Shown: positions 36,259 through 45,602 of the stretch, piece by piece | Layout of the letters: every line of letters starts with the position of its first letter | Position numbering within the stretch: position 1 is the stretch's first letter | Source of the DNA: a virus | Length of the DNA stretch: 64,000 nucleotides | IMG/VR virus record: IMGVR_UViG_3300037420_000429 | Reading direction: 5' to 3' (one strand) | Made by a program: the position numbers and the translations under genes | The notes under the pieces: model-generated | The model's database searches: none | The model's input: only the letters and a program-made list of their open reading frames with translations | Told to the model about the DNA's origin: nothing

Positions 36259-36501
36259 TTATTTCAAAGTAGCCCACTGTTCGTCGGTAAGCTTGATAAG
36301 AGCTCTGTAGTCTCCAAGATATTGCTCGTGCCCAGACGTGTAAACTTGAGGAACCGAGCGATGACCCCATTCCATGAGTTGCGCTCGCACATGGGGATTC
36401 TCGTCAGCCTTAACAACGTAGTATTGCACACCTTTCGTATCCAGCAATGCAGCAGCCTTGGCACACTCAGGACAATTATTCTTACTATATACAACTAGCA
36501 T
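36259..36501 (-). CDS. glutaredoxin/NrdH-like redoxin
   Basis: MLVVYSKNNCPECAKAAALL… (CPxC active site). ATG 36501 overlaps the nrdB stop (TAATG). Confidence 0.8.
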   Translation of the reverse strand: MLVVYSKNNCPECAKAAALLDTKGVQYYVVKADENPHVRAQLMEWGHRSVPQVYTSGHEQYLGDYRALIKLTDEQWATLK

Positions 36502-37592
36502 TATCGATAGCTCCATTCAATGATCTTGTCACCAAGATCGTCAATAATAATATTCAGGCGATAGTTTGCTTGGTCGCCCTCTTGATTGGCATTCTGAGTT
36601 TTGTTCAGATCAAGCCAATTCTCCATGTACTTCAATGGATTCTTTTCAATCTTCCGAGGCGGCTCAAAGCCAAACACTTCGTACACTTCTTGCGCGTTGT
36701 AGTCAATCCAGTCTACACCGCCTTGGTGAGAGAATCCAATCACCTTGCGCCCGTTGCTGTGCAAGTGGTCATTCCATTCGTACTCTGAACGAACAACCTC
36801 ATCAATCATCTCGCGAACAGTTGTGCTGTTCTCTCGGAACCAGTTTTGACCGTGCTCAGTTGCAAGCTCAACAGTGATGACTCGCTTGCCAAGCTCCGCG
36901 TGGATGTACCTTTCATCCTGCATAATCTTCTGCACAAGCTTGCCGATACCTTGAAACACTCCAGTCTCAACAACACCAAATGTCGCAGCAAATGAGTCAA
37001 CAAACTGAAGGCGCTCAAGGCAGTACAGAGCTACAACAGCATTCATAACTACGGGATAAGCCTGCTGCTCCGTAATCATGCCGAGAACATACTTGGCCCC
37101 TGCAATACGAAGTTCGTTAAACGCTTTAGCGATAACATTCATTCGACTGATGATGGCATCGTTCTTCATGATGCGCTCAAAGATTTCCTTCGGATTGTCC
37201 ATACAGACACGAACAATTTCCGAGTACGTCAATGCGTGCAACACTTCAATTTCACTCACCTTCAGCAATGCAGCCCAGTACTCGCTGTTGGTGACAAACG
37301 GCGCGAATAACGGAGCAATGCTGCGTGCAGCAATCGAATCAGCCTCCCATTGCAGTGCAAGGTTCTCAAGCATCAGCTCTCGACTCTCAGCGGGGCAGGT
37401 CAACATGTCGATACGAGATTGCTCAAGGTCAACTTCGTCTTCGCTCCAGTCTGCCGACTTCTGGTCTTTGTACAGCTTAAAAATCTTAGGGTGCGTTACG
37501 TTAATACTGTCGTACAGTCCGGGGGCTTGCCCAAGGAACAGACTGTATATGCCCGCCTTCCACTCATCATTATCTTGGTTAAATACAGTCAT
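36501..37592 (-). CDS. nrdB: ribonucleotide reductase class Ia small subunit
   Basis: Start chosen at ATG 37592 (MTVFNQ…), 5 nt after AAGGA. Ferritin-like di-iron motifs (…EVLHALTYSEI…, …MQDERYIHAE…). Confidence 0.85.
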   Translation of the reverse strand: MTVFNQDNDEWKAGIYSLFLGQAPGLYDSINVTHPKIFKLYKDQKSADWSEDEVDLEQSRIDMLTCPAESRELMLENLALQWEADSIAARSIAPLFAPFVTNSEYWAALLKVSEIEVLHALTYSEIVRVCMDNPKEIFERIMKNDAIISRMNVIAKAFNELRIAGAKYVLGMITEQQAYPVVMNAVVALYCLERLQFVDSFAATFGVVETGVFQGIGKLVQKIMQDERYIHAELGKRVITVELATEHGQNWFRENSTTVREMIDEVVRSEYEWNDHLHSNGRKVIGFSHQGGVDWIDYNAQEVYEVFGFEPPRKIEKNPLKYMENWLDLNKTQNANQEGDQANYRLNIIIDDLGDKIIEWSYR

Positions 37593-37600
37593 GTTCATCC

Positions 37601-40600
37601 TTACAATTTGCAGCTTTCGCAATCTGCTTCATCTTCTTCTAGCGTGAGGCCAGCTTTGCTATTGCTGTAGTAGCACGATTTATGGCCACACGTGATGCGA
37701 TAAAGCCAGTCTTCAAACATCTCCGTTGCACGAATCTTAGGTGTCACACCCGCAGGGAATGTACGGTACTTGTCTGCACTAATAGCTTGTCCACAAAACT
37801 TCTGGAAGATGCCGTACATTTCAGTAATATCTTTAGCAGGGACAGTCCATGCCAATTGATACGCATCTTCCAGTTCTTCCAAGTCTGGTGCAAGAAACAC
37901 GTTCTTGTTTGTACCGCTTGTCTTAACAACCACAAGCTCACGAACAGGGTATATGCTATTCGTAGTGTTGCCAGCAATGCTGCTCGACTCTACAGGCATG
38001 TATGCTTCAAGAACGCTGTTGCGCATGCCATGCTTTGCAATCTCCTTACGAAGCCCCTCCCAGTCGCACAGCAAAGGTTGATCCGTCACATTATCGATGT
38101 GTTTGCAGTACGTGTCAATAGGCAACCAACCATCTGCATACTTCGTCTTGTGGAACCAGTCGCATTTGCCACGCTCCTTAGCAAGACGCACACTAGCCTT
38201 GTGGAGCCAGTAAGAATGCATCTCAGCCAGTCGGTGCATGTAAGCTTTGCCCTCTGCCGTATCATATCGAAGCCCCTTAACAGCCATATCGTGTGCAAGG
38301 TTGGTAATACCAATACCAGCAGAACGTCGGGCTTGCGCAGTGTACTTCAAGTGTGGGAACGGATAGTCCATGATCGAAATCACGTTGTCAACCATCTTAA
38401 GTGTACGGTACGCCACTTCCTCATACATTTCAGGTATCACACGCCCTGCAACAATTGCACCTAGATTGCACAGACCAATCTCACCCTGCACATCGTCATC
38501 CATACGGTAAAGCTCTGTGACATCCTTGTAACCTTGAGTCGGCAATCCGATTTCTTGGCACTGTCCTGTCAAGATGCCATTGAACATCCCCATGTGACGC
38601 TTCGGTTCAGTGAAACAGTACGTGTCATCGTAACGACCTTCATCAACAACCTCAGTCACTTTGGTAAAGCGAGTACCATCTTGCCTTTCAGTTACACCAC
38701 TTACATCCAATCGCTTCGGACTAAACCCCAACGAAATCAATGTGTGAAGTCCACTGTTCCCGATATATAACGAGTAAGCGTCTTTGCAACTGTATCCGTG
38801 CTTTGCACCTGTCCCGTCATTCTTCGGCAACAGGATAACCCCTGCTTGTTTAGACAAACCAACACGCGACGGAACCCCTGTAGTTTGCAGCATAAGCTGG
38901 ATTTGCAGCAAAAACTTTTTGTTTACCGAAGTAAGATTCAATGCTTTTGCACCGTTATTTTCAGACACACAGCCGTCTGCATCCATGATGCCCTCCAGCC
39001 AAGAAATCCTAGACTGCACTGAAAAGGTTGCATCGGGCACAAAGAACTTTTGACGAAGCTTTTTTGTATAGCCGTAAGCCCTGTTTAGATCGGGCTGCAC
39101 CTTGACATTCTCTAGCAAATCGCCAAAAAGACTCATCAACGCCTGCTTTGCGCCGTAAAAATAAATCTTTTGCCGCCCGTCTTCAACAGAGCCATCACCA
39201 GAGAAAAACCCGTTTGCGTACGAGTTTTCAAGACTCTCACTACCATTCACGACGGGTAGTGATGCAGGCTTCACAAGACGGATTCCTGCTTTCAAGTCCT
39301 TGGCAGCAATCGGAGTCTTGATCCCCGGCAGGTAAAACTTATGCTCAGGTGTGCAGTGAATCGTTTGGCCTGCATCCGTCACAACCTTAATTAGTTTTAC
39401 ATTGTGCCCAGTTTGCTTAATCTGCACGTTAGACCACTCGGAGCCGTTCCAAACGTCAACAAACTTGTCAGTAACACTCACAATTGGTACATACCCTTTA
39501 GATGTCAGGATCAACGTTTCAGGTGCAACACACAGGTTGCTACTGTAGATTACGTCCTTGAAAGGGGTGTGCCTATTCATTTCGTAAGTGTTATGCTCGT
39601 ACATGCGCCCGGTTTCCTCTTGAATCCGCAGAAACTCTAATGCTAGCTTACGTGCCGGAATAAACTTCTTACGCTTACTACTCTTTTCATGCTCAGCATA
39701 CAGACGTTCAAAGCTTCCATCATCACGGTACATTGCCTCCCACAGATTAGGATTCACCTTATAGCTGATGTTCATCCACTGTTCATTCTTAGCAGCCTTC
39801 TCCGCAAGCAGAGGGTGGAAGCCAAAACTATAGTCAAGACGACGCTCTGCTTTCGATGCAACCGTTGTTGGGTGACGAAGGCGCAGCAACGTCTCAATCT
39901 CAGGATCAAGAGCGTTGATGTGCATCGTCTCTGCGCCGCCCCTACCGCCTTGCAAGTTGGCATTCACAGCACTTGCTTGTGCATTGTAGTACGGCAGCTT
40001 ACCGCCGTGGCGAATAGTATTCTTACGAACACCATCACCTTTACTGCGAGTCATCAACATGCCGCCAATGCCTGCACTGGAAGCCGTCATGATTGTGGCA
40101 ATGTGATCGCCAGCAGCCAAGCTTCCAAGCTCATCGTTGCTCTTGTAGACGCAGCAAGAGGCATACGTGCGTTTGGGGGTGCCAAGATTGTTAATGTTCG
40201 GCGTTGGTGCATTGATGCGCCCAGTTGCGAAATCTTCATAGAACTCTTGCACAGATTTCATGCGAGTTTCTTTAGGCTCATCCTTGCATACACCAAGAGC
40301 CATCCGCATCCACACAAATGCGGGCGACTCCAACACAATGTTCTTCTCGATGTCCTTGATAGCGTATTTGGTCGTGATCTGATTGACGACAGAGTAAACG
40401 CTATTCAGGTCACGCTCGTGGTTGATAAAGTCTTCAGCGAGACGAAGTTCTCCCCAAGAGTACTCCATTTCCTCCCACAAACCATCAGCCACCATCTTTG
40501 CGTACATGATGTGCACACTAGGAATCTTATCATGCCCACCAAACGCTTGCTTATACACATCGCCAATCAACAGACGACCTGCCATCAGCATATGCGGCGT

Positions 40601-40810
40601 ATCTTCATAATCCATGCAAGCTTGAATCATAGCCTGCTGCAAATCTTTCGTAGTGCAAGTGTCAGGTAGCTTCTTGTACGTGTCAGCAACAATGCCGAAC
40701 CAATCTACACCAATGTTACCTGCCCATTTAGCCCAACGAGTAAGCTTCTCAGGATCAAACGGGACAACAGAACCATCCCGCTTAGTAACCATAATATGCT
40801 TCTCAGTCAT
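37601..40810 (-). CDS. nrdA: ribonucleotide reductase class Ia large subunit, intein-containing precursor (1069 aa)
   Basis: N-terminal ATP-cone-like MVTKRDGSVVPFD. Catalytic motif SSNL|C…|CQEIGLPT is split by 324 aa. The conserved C-terminal half is present. Confidence 0.9.
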   Translation of the reverse strand: MTEKHIMVTKRDGSVVPFDPEKLTRWAKWAGNIGVDWFGIVADTYKKLPDTCTTKDLQQAMIQACMDYEDTPHMLMAGRLLIGDVYKQAFGGHDKIPSVHIMYAKMVADGLWEEMEYSWGELRLAEDFINHERDLNSVYSVVNQITTKYAIKDIEKNIVLESPAFVWMRMALGVCKDEPKETRMKSVQEFYEDFATGRINAPTPNINNLGTPKRTYASCCVYKSNDELGSLAAGDHIATIMTASSAGIGGMLMTRSKGDGVRKNTIRHGGKLPYYNAQASAVNANLQGGRGGAETMHINALDPEIETLLRLRHPTTVASKAERRLDYSFGFHPLLAEKAAKNEQWMNISYKVNPNLWEAMYRDDGSFERLYAEHEKSSKRKKFIPARKLALEFLRIQEETGRMYEHNTYEMNRHTPFKDVIYSSNLCVAPETLILTSKGYVPIVSVTDKFVDVWNGSEWSNVQIKQTGHNVKLIKVVTDAGQTIHCTPEHKFYLPGIKTPIAAKDLKAGIRLVKPASLPVVNGSESLENSYANGFFSGDGSVEDGRQKIYFYGAKQALMSLFGDLLENVKVQPDLNRAYGYTKKLRQKFFVPDATFSVQSRISWLEGIMDADGCVSENNGAKALNLTSVNKKFLLQIQLMLQTTGVPSRVGLSKQAGVILLPKNDGTGAKHGYSCKDAYSLYIGNSGLHTLISLGFSPKRLDVSGVTERQDGTRFTKVTEVVDEGRYDDTYCFTEPKRHMGMFNGILTGQCQEIGLPTQGYKDVTELYRMDDDVQGEIGLCNLGAIVAGRVIPEMYEEVAYRTLKMVDNVISIMDYPFPHLKYTAQARRSAGIGITNLAHDMAVKGLRYDTAEGKAYMHRLAEMHSYWLHKASVRLAKERGKCDWFHKTKYADGWLPIDTYCKHIDNVTDQPLLCDWEGLRKEIAKHGMRNSVLEAYMPVESSSIAGNTTNSIYPVRELVVVKTSGTNKNVFLAPDLEELEDAYQLAWTVPAKDITEMYGIFQKFCGQAISADKYRTFPAGVTPKIRATEMFEDWLYRITCGHKSCYYSNSKAGLTLEEDEADCESCKL
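38561..39532 (-). mobile_element. intein with a LAGLIDADG homing endonuclease domain, inserted at the catalytic-Cys motif of NrdA
   Basis: aa 427-750. Starts CVAPETLILT. LAGLIDADG motifs NGFFSGDGSV and LEGIMDADGCV. Ends …FNGILTGQ, followed by Cys+1. The spliced sequence restores SNLCQEIGLPT. Confidence 0.85.
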
Positions 40811-41383
40811 TTAAACTCCTTCTACATTCTTACGTTTATGCTTCTTACGCTTTTTATCTACAGGACGAGGGCAGCGGTAGTCTTCTAGCGTTTTGTATGA
40901 CCCGTCGGGGTTAACCTGACTGCCTCTGATATGAAACAGAATCTCTTCAAGTTGATTAATTTGTTCAACAATCTTAATCTCTTCCTCACGATACTCGTCT
41001 GCTTCCTTAGTAGGAATGTTATCGTCAAGAGCGTTAATTCCACCGTATTGTGGAGATGTATGCCCCATCGCGTGGAGTTCTGCGAACAAGCTTTGATCTT
41101 GTAGACTTGCCGCGATTAAAACATCATCTGGCATACTATACTTACCTTTCAGGTGCTGACGCTTTAGCGAAAGCTCCCCTGCGAACAAGTATCCGATTTT
41201 AACATCTCCTGAGAGTGTCCGGTGATTTGCGGCATAAATATGTACCGCTTTAGATACATCCATACCTAAAGTTTCTAGGACATCATACACCACTTCCGCA
41301 TTGTCCAGATGGCACAAATCAAAAATAGTCATACCCTTCAACGGGTCTGCCAACAAAAGATCGTAGCAGCTTAGAACTTTCAT
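40811..41383 (-). CDS. hypothetical protein (190 aa) with a basic C-terminal tail
   Basis: ATGA overlap with the upstream gene. Ends KKRKKHKRKNVEGV. Confidence 0.6.
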   Translation of the reverse strand: MKVLSCYDLLLADPLKGMTIFDLCHLDNAEVVYDVLETLGMDVSKAVHIYAANHRTLSGDVKIGYLFAGELSLKRQHLKGKYSMPDDVLIAASLQDQSLFAELHAMGHTSPQYGGINALDDNIPTKEADEYREEEIKIVEQINQLEEILFHIRGSQVNPDGSYKTLEDYRCPRPVDKKRKKHKRKNVEGV

Positions 41384-41847
41384 ACATCACCTCCGAAGAA
41401 ATTATCAGGGACCAGATCGGAGATTTCTACAGGAACAAAGTTGATTGGCTTCCTAACCTTGTTATTACCGTCTTTGAAAACGTAGCACGAATACTTTATG
41501 TTAGGTACGATCTTCCATTCATTATCGCAAGCATACACCACATCAAGGTTTGTAATCTCACTAGGGAATTTAGTTACATTATTATCACAAACCCGCTGCA
41601 AAGCCTCATCCACTTTAAACCCAGCCTTCTCCATCTGCTGAATCAGCCCCACCAGCGTAACAAAGCCATCACAAGCACCGTCCAGCAGTTCTACAGCATC
41701 TCTGTTGTCGAAGGCGTCTTGAAGCTCGCCAATTTCCTCCACAACCACTTTCATTTGTGCGCTAAGTTCAGCCACAGAGACATTCGTAAGATTACCTGCA
41801 ATGTCGTTAAACTTGTAAACGCTGTCGTAATGTTTCTGAAAATTCAT
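41380..41847 (-). CDS. MazG-like all-alpha NTP pyrophosphohydrolase
   Basis: EExxE…E…D…D pattern (VVEEIGELQDAFDNRDAVELLDGACDGFVTLVG). Confidence 0.55.
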   Translation of the reverse strand: MNFQKHYDSVYKFNDIAGNLTNVSVAELSAQMKVVVEEIGELQDAFDNRDAVELLDGACDGFVTLVGLIQQMEKAGFKVDEALQRVCDNNVTKFPSEITNLDVVYACDNEWKIVPNIKYSCYVFKDGNNKVRKPINFVPVEISDLVPDNFFGGDV

Positions 41848-42068
41848 TATTTATCCTCACTAATCTTTGAATCAAATCTTTGATTTCCGTCCTGAGAAAC
41901 GCAAGAAACTTGACCGACCTCACCTTTGACGCCAAGCACAGGCCTGACGGTGTACGCTGTTAACCCTAAACTCTGGCAGTATTTTACACGTGCTGAATAC
42001 TCTTCGTACTCCATCTTTCCGCAAGACGCAAGAAGTGTGCAGGAAAGTATTAACAACAAGGTTTTCAT
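41847..42068 (-). CDS. small lipoprotein (73 aa)
   Basis: MKTLLLILSCTLLASC with lipobox LLASC. ATG 42068 overlaps the upstream stop (ATGA). Confidence 0.6.
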   Translation of the reverse strand: MKTLLLILSCTLLASCGKMEYEEYSARVKYCQSLGLTAYTVRPVLGVKGEVGQVSCVSQDGNQRFDSKISEDK

Positions 42069-42313
42069 TTCGTCCATCCAAGCTCAACAGCTTTCTGCAA
42101 AGCTTTGATGAGGTTTTCTACGTCAGCGCGGCGAAGACCCACACTGTTGTTATCCGCCTCTGCGCTGATACGGATATAGCCCCTGAAGTGGTTATCACCT
42201 TCGATTAGTGACAAATTTACTGCCCAGTTTGACTCACTCAGTCCGCTGTCGTTAGCAAACACGATTTTATCTATTTTACCAAGTTGCTCGTTCCGAATAT
42301 CAATCGTTGCCAT
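42065..42313 (-). CDS. hypothetical protein (82 aa)
   Basis: Start at ATG 42313 after GGAGATAAGA. 14-nt overlap with the phosphoesterase gene. Confidence 0.5.
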   Translation of the reverse strand: MATIDIRNEQLGKIDKIVFANDSGLSESNWAVNLSLIEGDNHFRGYIRISAEADNNSVGLRRADVENLIKALQKAVELGWTK

Positions 42314-43271
42314 TCTTATCTCCATATTCCTGTTCAAGCCACTGCATACTAACAAACAGTGGGTCATAGCTACCATTCTTAACCCGATGTTTCACGACCA
42401 CACCTCGCCAATGGTGATTACCTTGCTTACCTTTGTAGTGTTCTTCGTGGACATACGCTGCACCGCACACCAAACCCCACTGCTGAGCGCCGCTCGATGG
42501 CAAGAAGCGGGTAGTGACATCAAGCGTTTGTCGGTGGCCCATTGTGAAACTTTCACCAATCACCTTAAGCATGTTTTGTGCCGTGCCGGTAAGTGCACGA
42601 CCAGTCATTACGTTAGGAAAGTAGTGGCAATAATTGATGCCATCAATATTAATAGGTGTCAAGAAGGGTACGACCTCCCAACCAAACTCTTCATACTTCA
42701 AATCAGACAGGCTTAAGAAACCTTCAAGTTTAGAGTTAGAATTAACATACCTAGTAAGCCTGTCTTCATGATTACCTAACGTAAGAACCATACGTGGCTT
42801 ATAGACTTTATCGCCATTTTCTTTCTGCTTTGCTTGCAAATCGAAAAGAGGTTGCAGCAGAGTTCGCATACCTTCAATGGAGACGTTGATATCTTCGATA
42901 ACACGCTTACCTTCCGCAGAGAGCTTACCTTCATCCCATTGCGACAATGCTTCAAAATCGCAAAAGTCTCCTAGATGAACGATAACCTCTGGCTGCTTTT
43001 TTACGATGTACTCTCCGATCCAGCGAAGGTAATCCAGAGGGATTCCGGGACGCACTTGGCTGTCAGGGATGACAAGATGCGTTACACCTTCCTCGTTCTT
43101 CTGTTCCATTGAGTCGTCCAGTTCGGCCATCGCTTTATAATACGCACGAAGATAATCCAGACAAGTACTACGAGGAACACCCAAGAACTCTGCAATTTCA
43201 CGACGTGACATCACGCCAGTGTTAGCGAGCTTAACAGCTTGTTCACGCCAATCTTTATCTGCAATATTCAT
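42300..43271 (-). CDS. metallophosphoesterase (lambda-phosphatase-like) with an N-terminal HTH domain
   Basis: HTH-like SRREIAEFLGVPRSTCLDYL, then VHLGDFCDF and TLGNHEDR phosphoesterase motifs. Confidence 0.65.
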   Translation of the reverse strand: MNIADKDWREQAVKLANTGVMSRREIAEFLGVPRSTCLDYLRAYYKAMAELDDSMEQKNEEGVTHLVIPDSQVRPGIPLDYLRWIGEYIVKKQPEVIVHLGDFCDFEALSQWDEGKLSAEGKRVIEDINVSIEGMRTLLQPLFDLQAKQKENGDKVYKPRMVLTLGNHEDRLTRYVNSNSKLEGFLSLSDLKYEEFGWEVVPFLTPINIDGINYCHYFPNVMTGRALTGTAQNMLKVIGESFTMGHRQTLDVTTRFLPSSGAQQWGLVCGAAYVHEEHYKGKQGNHHWRGVVVKHRVKNGSYDPLFVSMQWLEQEYGDKNGND

Positions 43272-43480
43272 TTATTATCCTCAACATCGTGCAACTTATA
43301 ATTAACTTGAAAGCTATCGTAGGACTTAGGGAAACTGTCGGGAGGCCAACCAGCAAAAGTTCCAACGGTTTTGGTGACGACACTACGACGAAGTTGCGAA
43401 ATCTCCTCTTCAAGCTTAGATACACGCTTCTTAAGGTTGATAATCTCATCAACAGGAACAAACACTTTACAGTGGCTCAC
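43268..43480 (-). CDS. small hypothetical protein (70 aa, GTG start)
   Basis: GAGGAG RBS 8 nt upstream of the GTG. GTGA overlap with the upstream stop. Confidence 0.5.
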   Translation of the reverse strand: MSHCKVFVPVDEIINLKKRVSKLEEEISQLRRSVVTKTVGTFAGWPPDSFPKSYDSFQVNYKLHDVEDNK

Positions 43481-44067
43481 GATTCAATCTCCTCAATCTT
43501 CTTACGCAAATCATCTTGCCGAGCTTTGTAATTAGCAATCAATCGATTCCTGTGCTCAATGTCTTGTTCGTTCAACTTAATGCTGCTGTCAAGCTGCTGC
43601 ACTTGCTCTTTGAACTCTTTCAGAGTGCGTTGCTGTTCAGGTGTGAGAGGTTTCTTGTCGATTATTTTCCAAGTGCGAGAGGCAAGATACTTGTTAATTT
43701 GGTCCGATGTGTACGGGTAATTCGGATTAGCTTCAGTTGCACCATCAGGATCGTAGATGTTCCAAACATTATAGGACTTCTTCTTCAAGACATACTTATG
43801 ACCGCTGTCCCGGTGTTGAACACAGAAATCATCAGGCAGGGATGCTTCCTCTTGTTTCGGAGTGTCCTCTACAACAACCCACGCACCGTACTCCACCATC
43901 TGCGTAACATCACATTCCTCAAAAGTCTTACGTGGCAGTGAACCAATCTTGTCAGGATAACCACGGGCCCAATTCACTTCGTAGTCGCCGTAACCATTTT
44001 TGGTGACAGTATGTGTGAAACCGGGGATGCGACTGACACGCATCTGAAAATTGTCTGGAAGCTTCAT
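43477..44067 (-). CDS. hypothetical protein (196 aa) with a C-terminal coiled coil
   Basis: AAGGAGAAGAA-ATG start. Follows the promoter at 44098..44126. Confidence 0.6.
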   Translation of the reverse strand: MKLPDNFQMRVSRIPGFTHTVTKNGYGDYEVNWARGYPDKIGSLPRKTFEECDVTQMVEYGAWVVVEDTPKQEEASLPDDFCVQHRDSGHKYVLKKKSYNVWNIYDPDGATEANPNYPYTSDQINKYLASRTWKIIDKKPLTPEQQRTLKEFKEQVQQLDSSIKLNEQDIEHRNRLIANYKARQDDLRKKIEEIES

Positions 44068-44097
44068 TTCTTCTCCTTAAGAATATATATAACAGTG

Positions 44098-44126
44098 ATT
44101 ATACTCCGATTTGTTGCCCTCTGCAA
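44098..44126 (-). promoter_or_regulatory. sigma70-type promoter
   Basis: Minus strand: TTGCAG (44126..44121), 17 nt, TATAAT (44103..44098). Confidence 0.5.
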
Positions 44127-44131
44127 CAACT

Positions 44132-44746
44132 TCATGTAATTTTTTCGACGCCATGATGATCGGTATACCCCGCACCTTGCTCTTGTAATCTTTTTATGGC
44201 ATCTGTTCTCCACTCTACAGCCCTACGGAAAGCCTCATCTCTACCGAGAACGTCTATGGAAAATTGTTTTCTTACTTGTTTTCCACCGGGGATGGTGTAG
44301 TATGCGCACCAAACTTCGTGAACCTTCGTCGGCCAATCGAATCTCCTATATGTAACACCAGTGACGCCTGAAGAGTTTTGTGGACGAAGTTTTACATTTC
44401 TAGAATTGACAGCTTTTGTGACTATACGTAAGTTTGATAATTGGTTATCCGCAGTATCCCAATTAATATGGTCTACAAGTTCGTCTTTTGCAAGAGGTCT
44501 TCCTAGTTGCATTTCTAGTACGATTCTGTGCACTTTAAAACTTCTACTTCTAACAAACACTACCCAGTAACCTTTTGTGTCGATATGGCCTGCAACATCT
44601 CCTTCTTTTCTCTCCACTGCACGCCCACTTTTAGATGGTTTGGGCCTATAATGCCACCTCAACCCGGAAGGGCTGGCTGGGTCAAGATAAAACTCAGGCC
44701 AACCTTTGTAGGATTCGCAGCACTGCTTCTCTTCTTCCTTTTGCAT
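44132..44746 (-). CDS. HNH_3 plus AP2-domain homing endonuclease (free-standing)
   Basis: DELVDHINWDTADNQLSNLRIVT (HNH_3), then SGVTGVTYRR…WCAYY…LGRDEAFRRAVEWR (AP2-like). Start set at ATG 44746 after AGGAAGGG. Overlaps the upstream gene by 53 nt. Confidence 0.8.
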   Translation of the reverse strand: MQKEEEKQCCESYKGWPEFYLDPASPSGLRWHYRPKPSKSGRAVERKEGDVAGHIDTKGYWVVFVRSRSFKVHRIVLEMQLGRPLAKDELVDHINWDTADNQLSNLRIVTKAVNSRNVKLRPQNSSGVTGVTYRRFDWPTKVHEVWCAYYTIPGGKQVRKQFSIDVLGRDEAFRRAVEWRTDAIKRLQEQGAGYTDHHGVEKIT

Positions 44747-45254
44747 TTTGTAACCCTTCCTCATTCTCTCCACGCTCTAGGCAATACCTTTTCACCTCCG
44801 GTATTGGTAATTTGCAGATATTGATAACTTGTTTGTCAATCTTAGCCTCTTCAAAAGACATGCCCGTGTTTTGTGCGTGGCTGACAACAGAGTGACATGC
44901 AGTACAGAGCGGACGAATTGAGTCATAGTCAATCAGGAACAAGTGCTTCATGTACTCTTCGGCATCAGAGAATTTAGTGAACGTTCCGCTGTCGCCTTTA
45001 TGGTCGATCTGGATGTCAGCTTGTACAGTGTCAACTTTGCAGATATCGCAAGTCATACCCCAACACTCGGGAAAACGTTTAGCACTCTTTGCATTAGGAT
45101 TCTTAATGCGCTTACGAAACCTATTGATAAACTCAATTTTGATGGGGTGAACTTTCCAACCCTTACGAAGCACACCACGAATCCAGTTCATAAAAGCTGC
45201 CTCAGTCTTCCACGGGCTTCCTTCGCACAGCCACGGTTTACGGCTTGTAGACAT
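44694..45254 (-). CDS. HNH-type (CxxC…H…CxxCH) endonuclease-domain protein
   Basis: Start at ATG 45254 (MSTSRKPW…), overlapping the upstream stop region. Motifs CDIC…IQIDHKGD…LCTACH. Confidence 0.6.
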   Translation of the reverse strand: MSTSRKPWLCEGSPWKTEAAFMNWIRGVLRKGWKVHPIKIEFINRFRKRIKNPNAKSAKRFPECWGMTCDICKVDTVQADIQIDHKGDSGTFTKFSDAEEYMKHLFLIDYDSIRPLCTACHSVVSHAQNTGMSFEEAKIDKQVINICKLPIPEVKRYCLERGENEEGLQNAKGRREAVLRILQRLA

Positions 45255-45435
45255 ATCCCTCCGCTTCGTTCTTGTTGCGGACATAGTTGAACACGTCAAG
45301 AACAACAAAGTCGTTAAACCAGCCAATGAACCTTTTCTTAACACGCAAGCTTGAAGACTTTGTGTCCAATACGGCCCATCCATACCAAGTTTTTACAGGC
45401 ATGTAGCGTACAGGGTGAGAGGTTTGTTCAATCAT
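45238..45435 (-). CDS. small hypothetical protein (65 aa)
   Basis: ATGA overlap with the upstream small ORF. Confidence 0.5.
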   Translation of the reverse strand: MIEQTSHPVRYMPVKTWYGWAVLDTKSSSLRVKKRFIGWFNDFVVLDVFNYVRNKNEAEGYVYKP

Positions 45436-45602
45436 TTACACAACTCCAAGGCTTGCTGCTCAGTAAAACCCTCCTTGATAAGCGCCTCGTACTTGGCCCT
45501 CTGCACTTTGGCATTAAGCTGCACGTACTCGATATGTGCGAGTAGATTATCTGCCAATTGCTTTACAAGCATCGGGAAGGTTGCTTCGTTTTGGTTGTTC
45601 AT
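45432..45602 (-). CDS. small hypothetical protein (56 aa)
   Basis: ATG 45602 overlaps the exonuclease stop (ATGA). Sequence MNNQNEATFPMLVKQLADNLL…. Below the ORF-track cutoff. Confidence 0.5.
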   Translation of the reverse strand: MNNQNEATFPMLVKQLADNLLAHIEYVQLNAKVQRAKYEALIKEGFTEQQALELCK

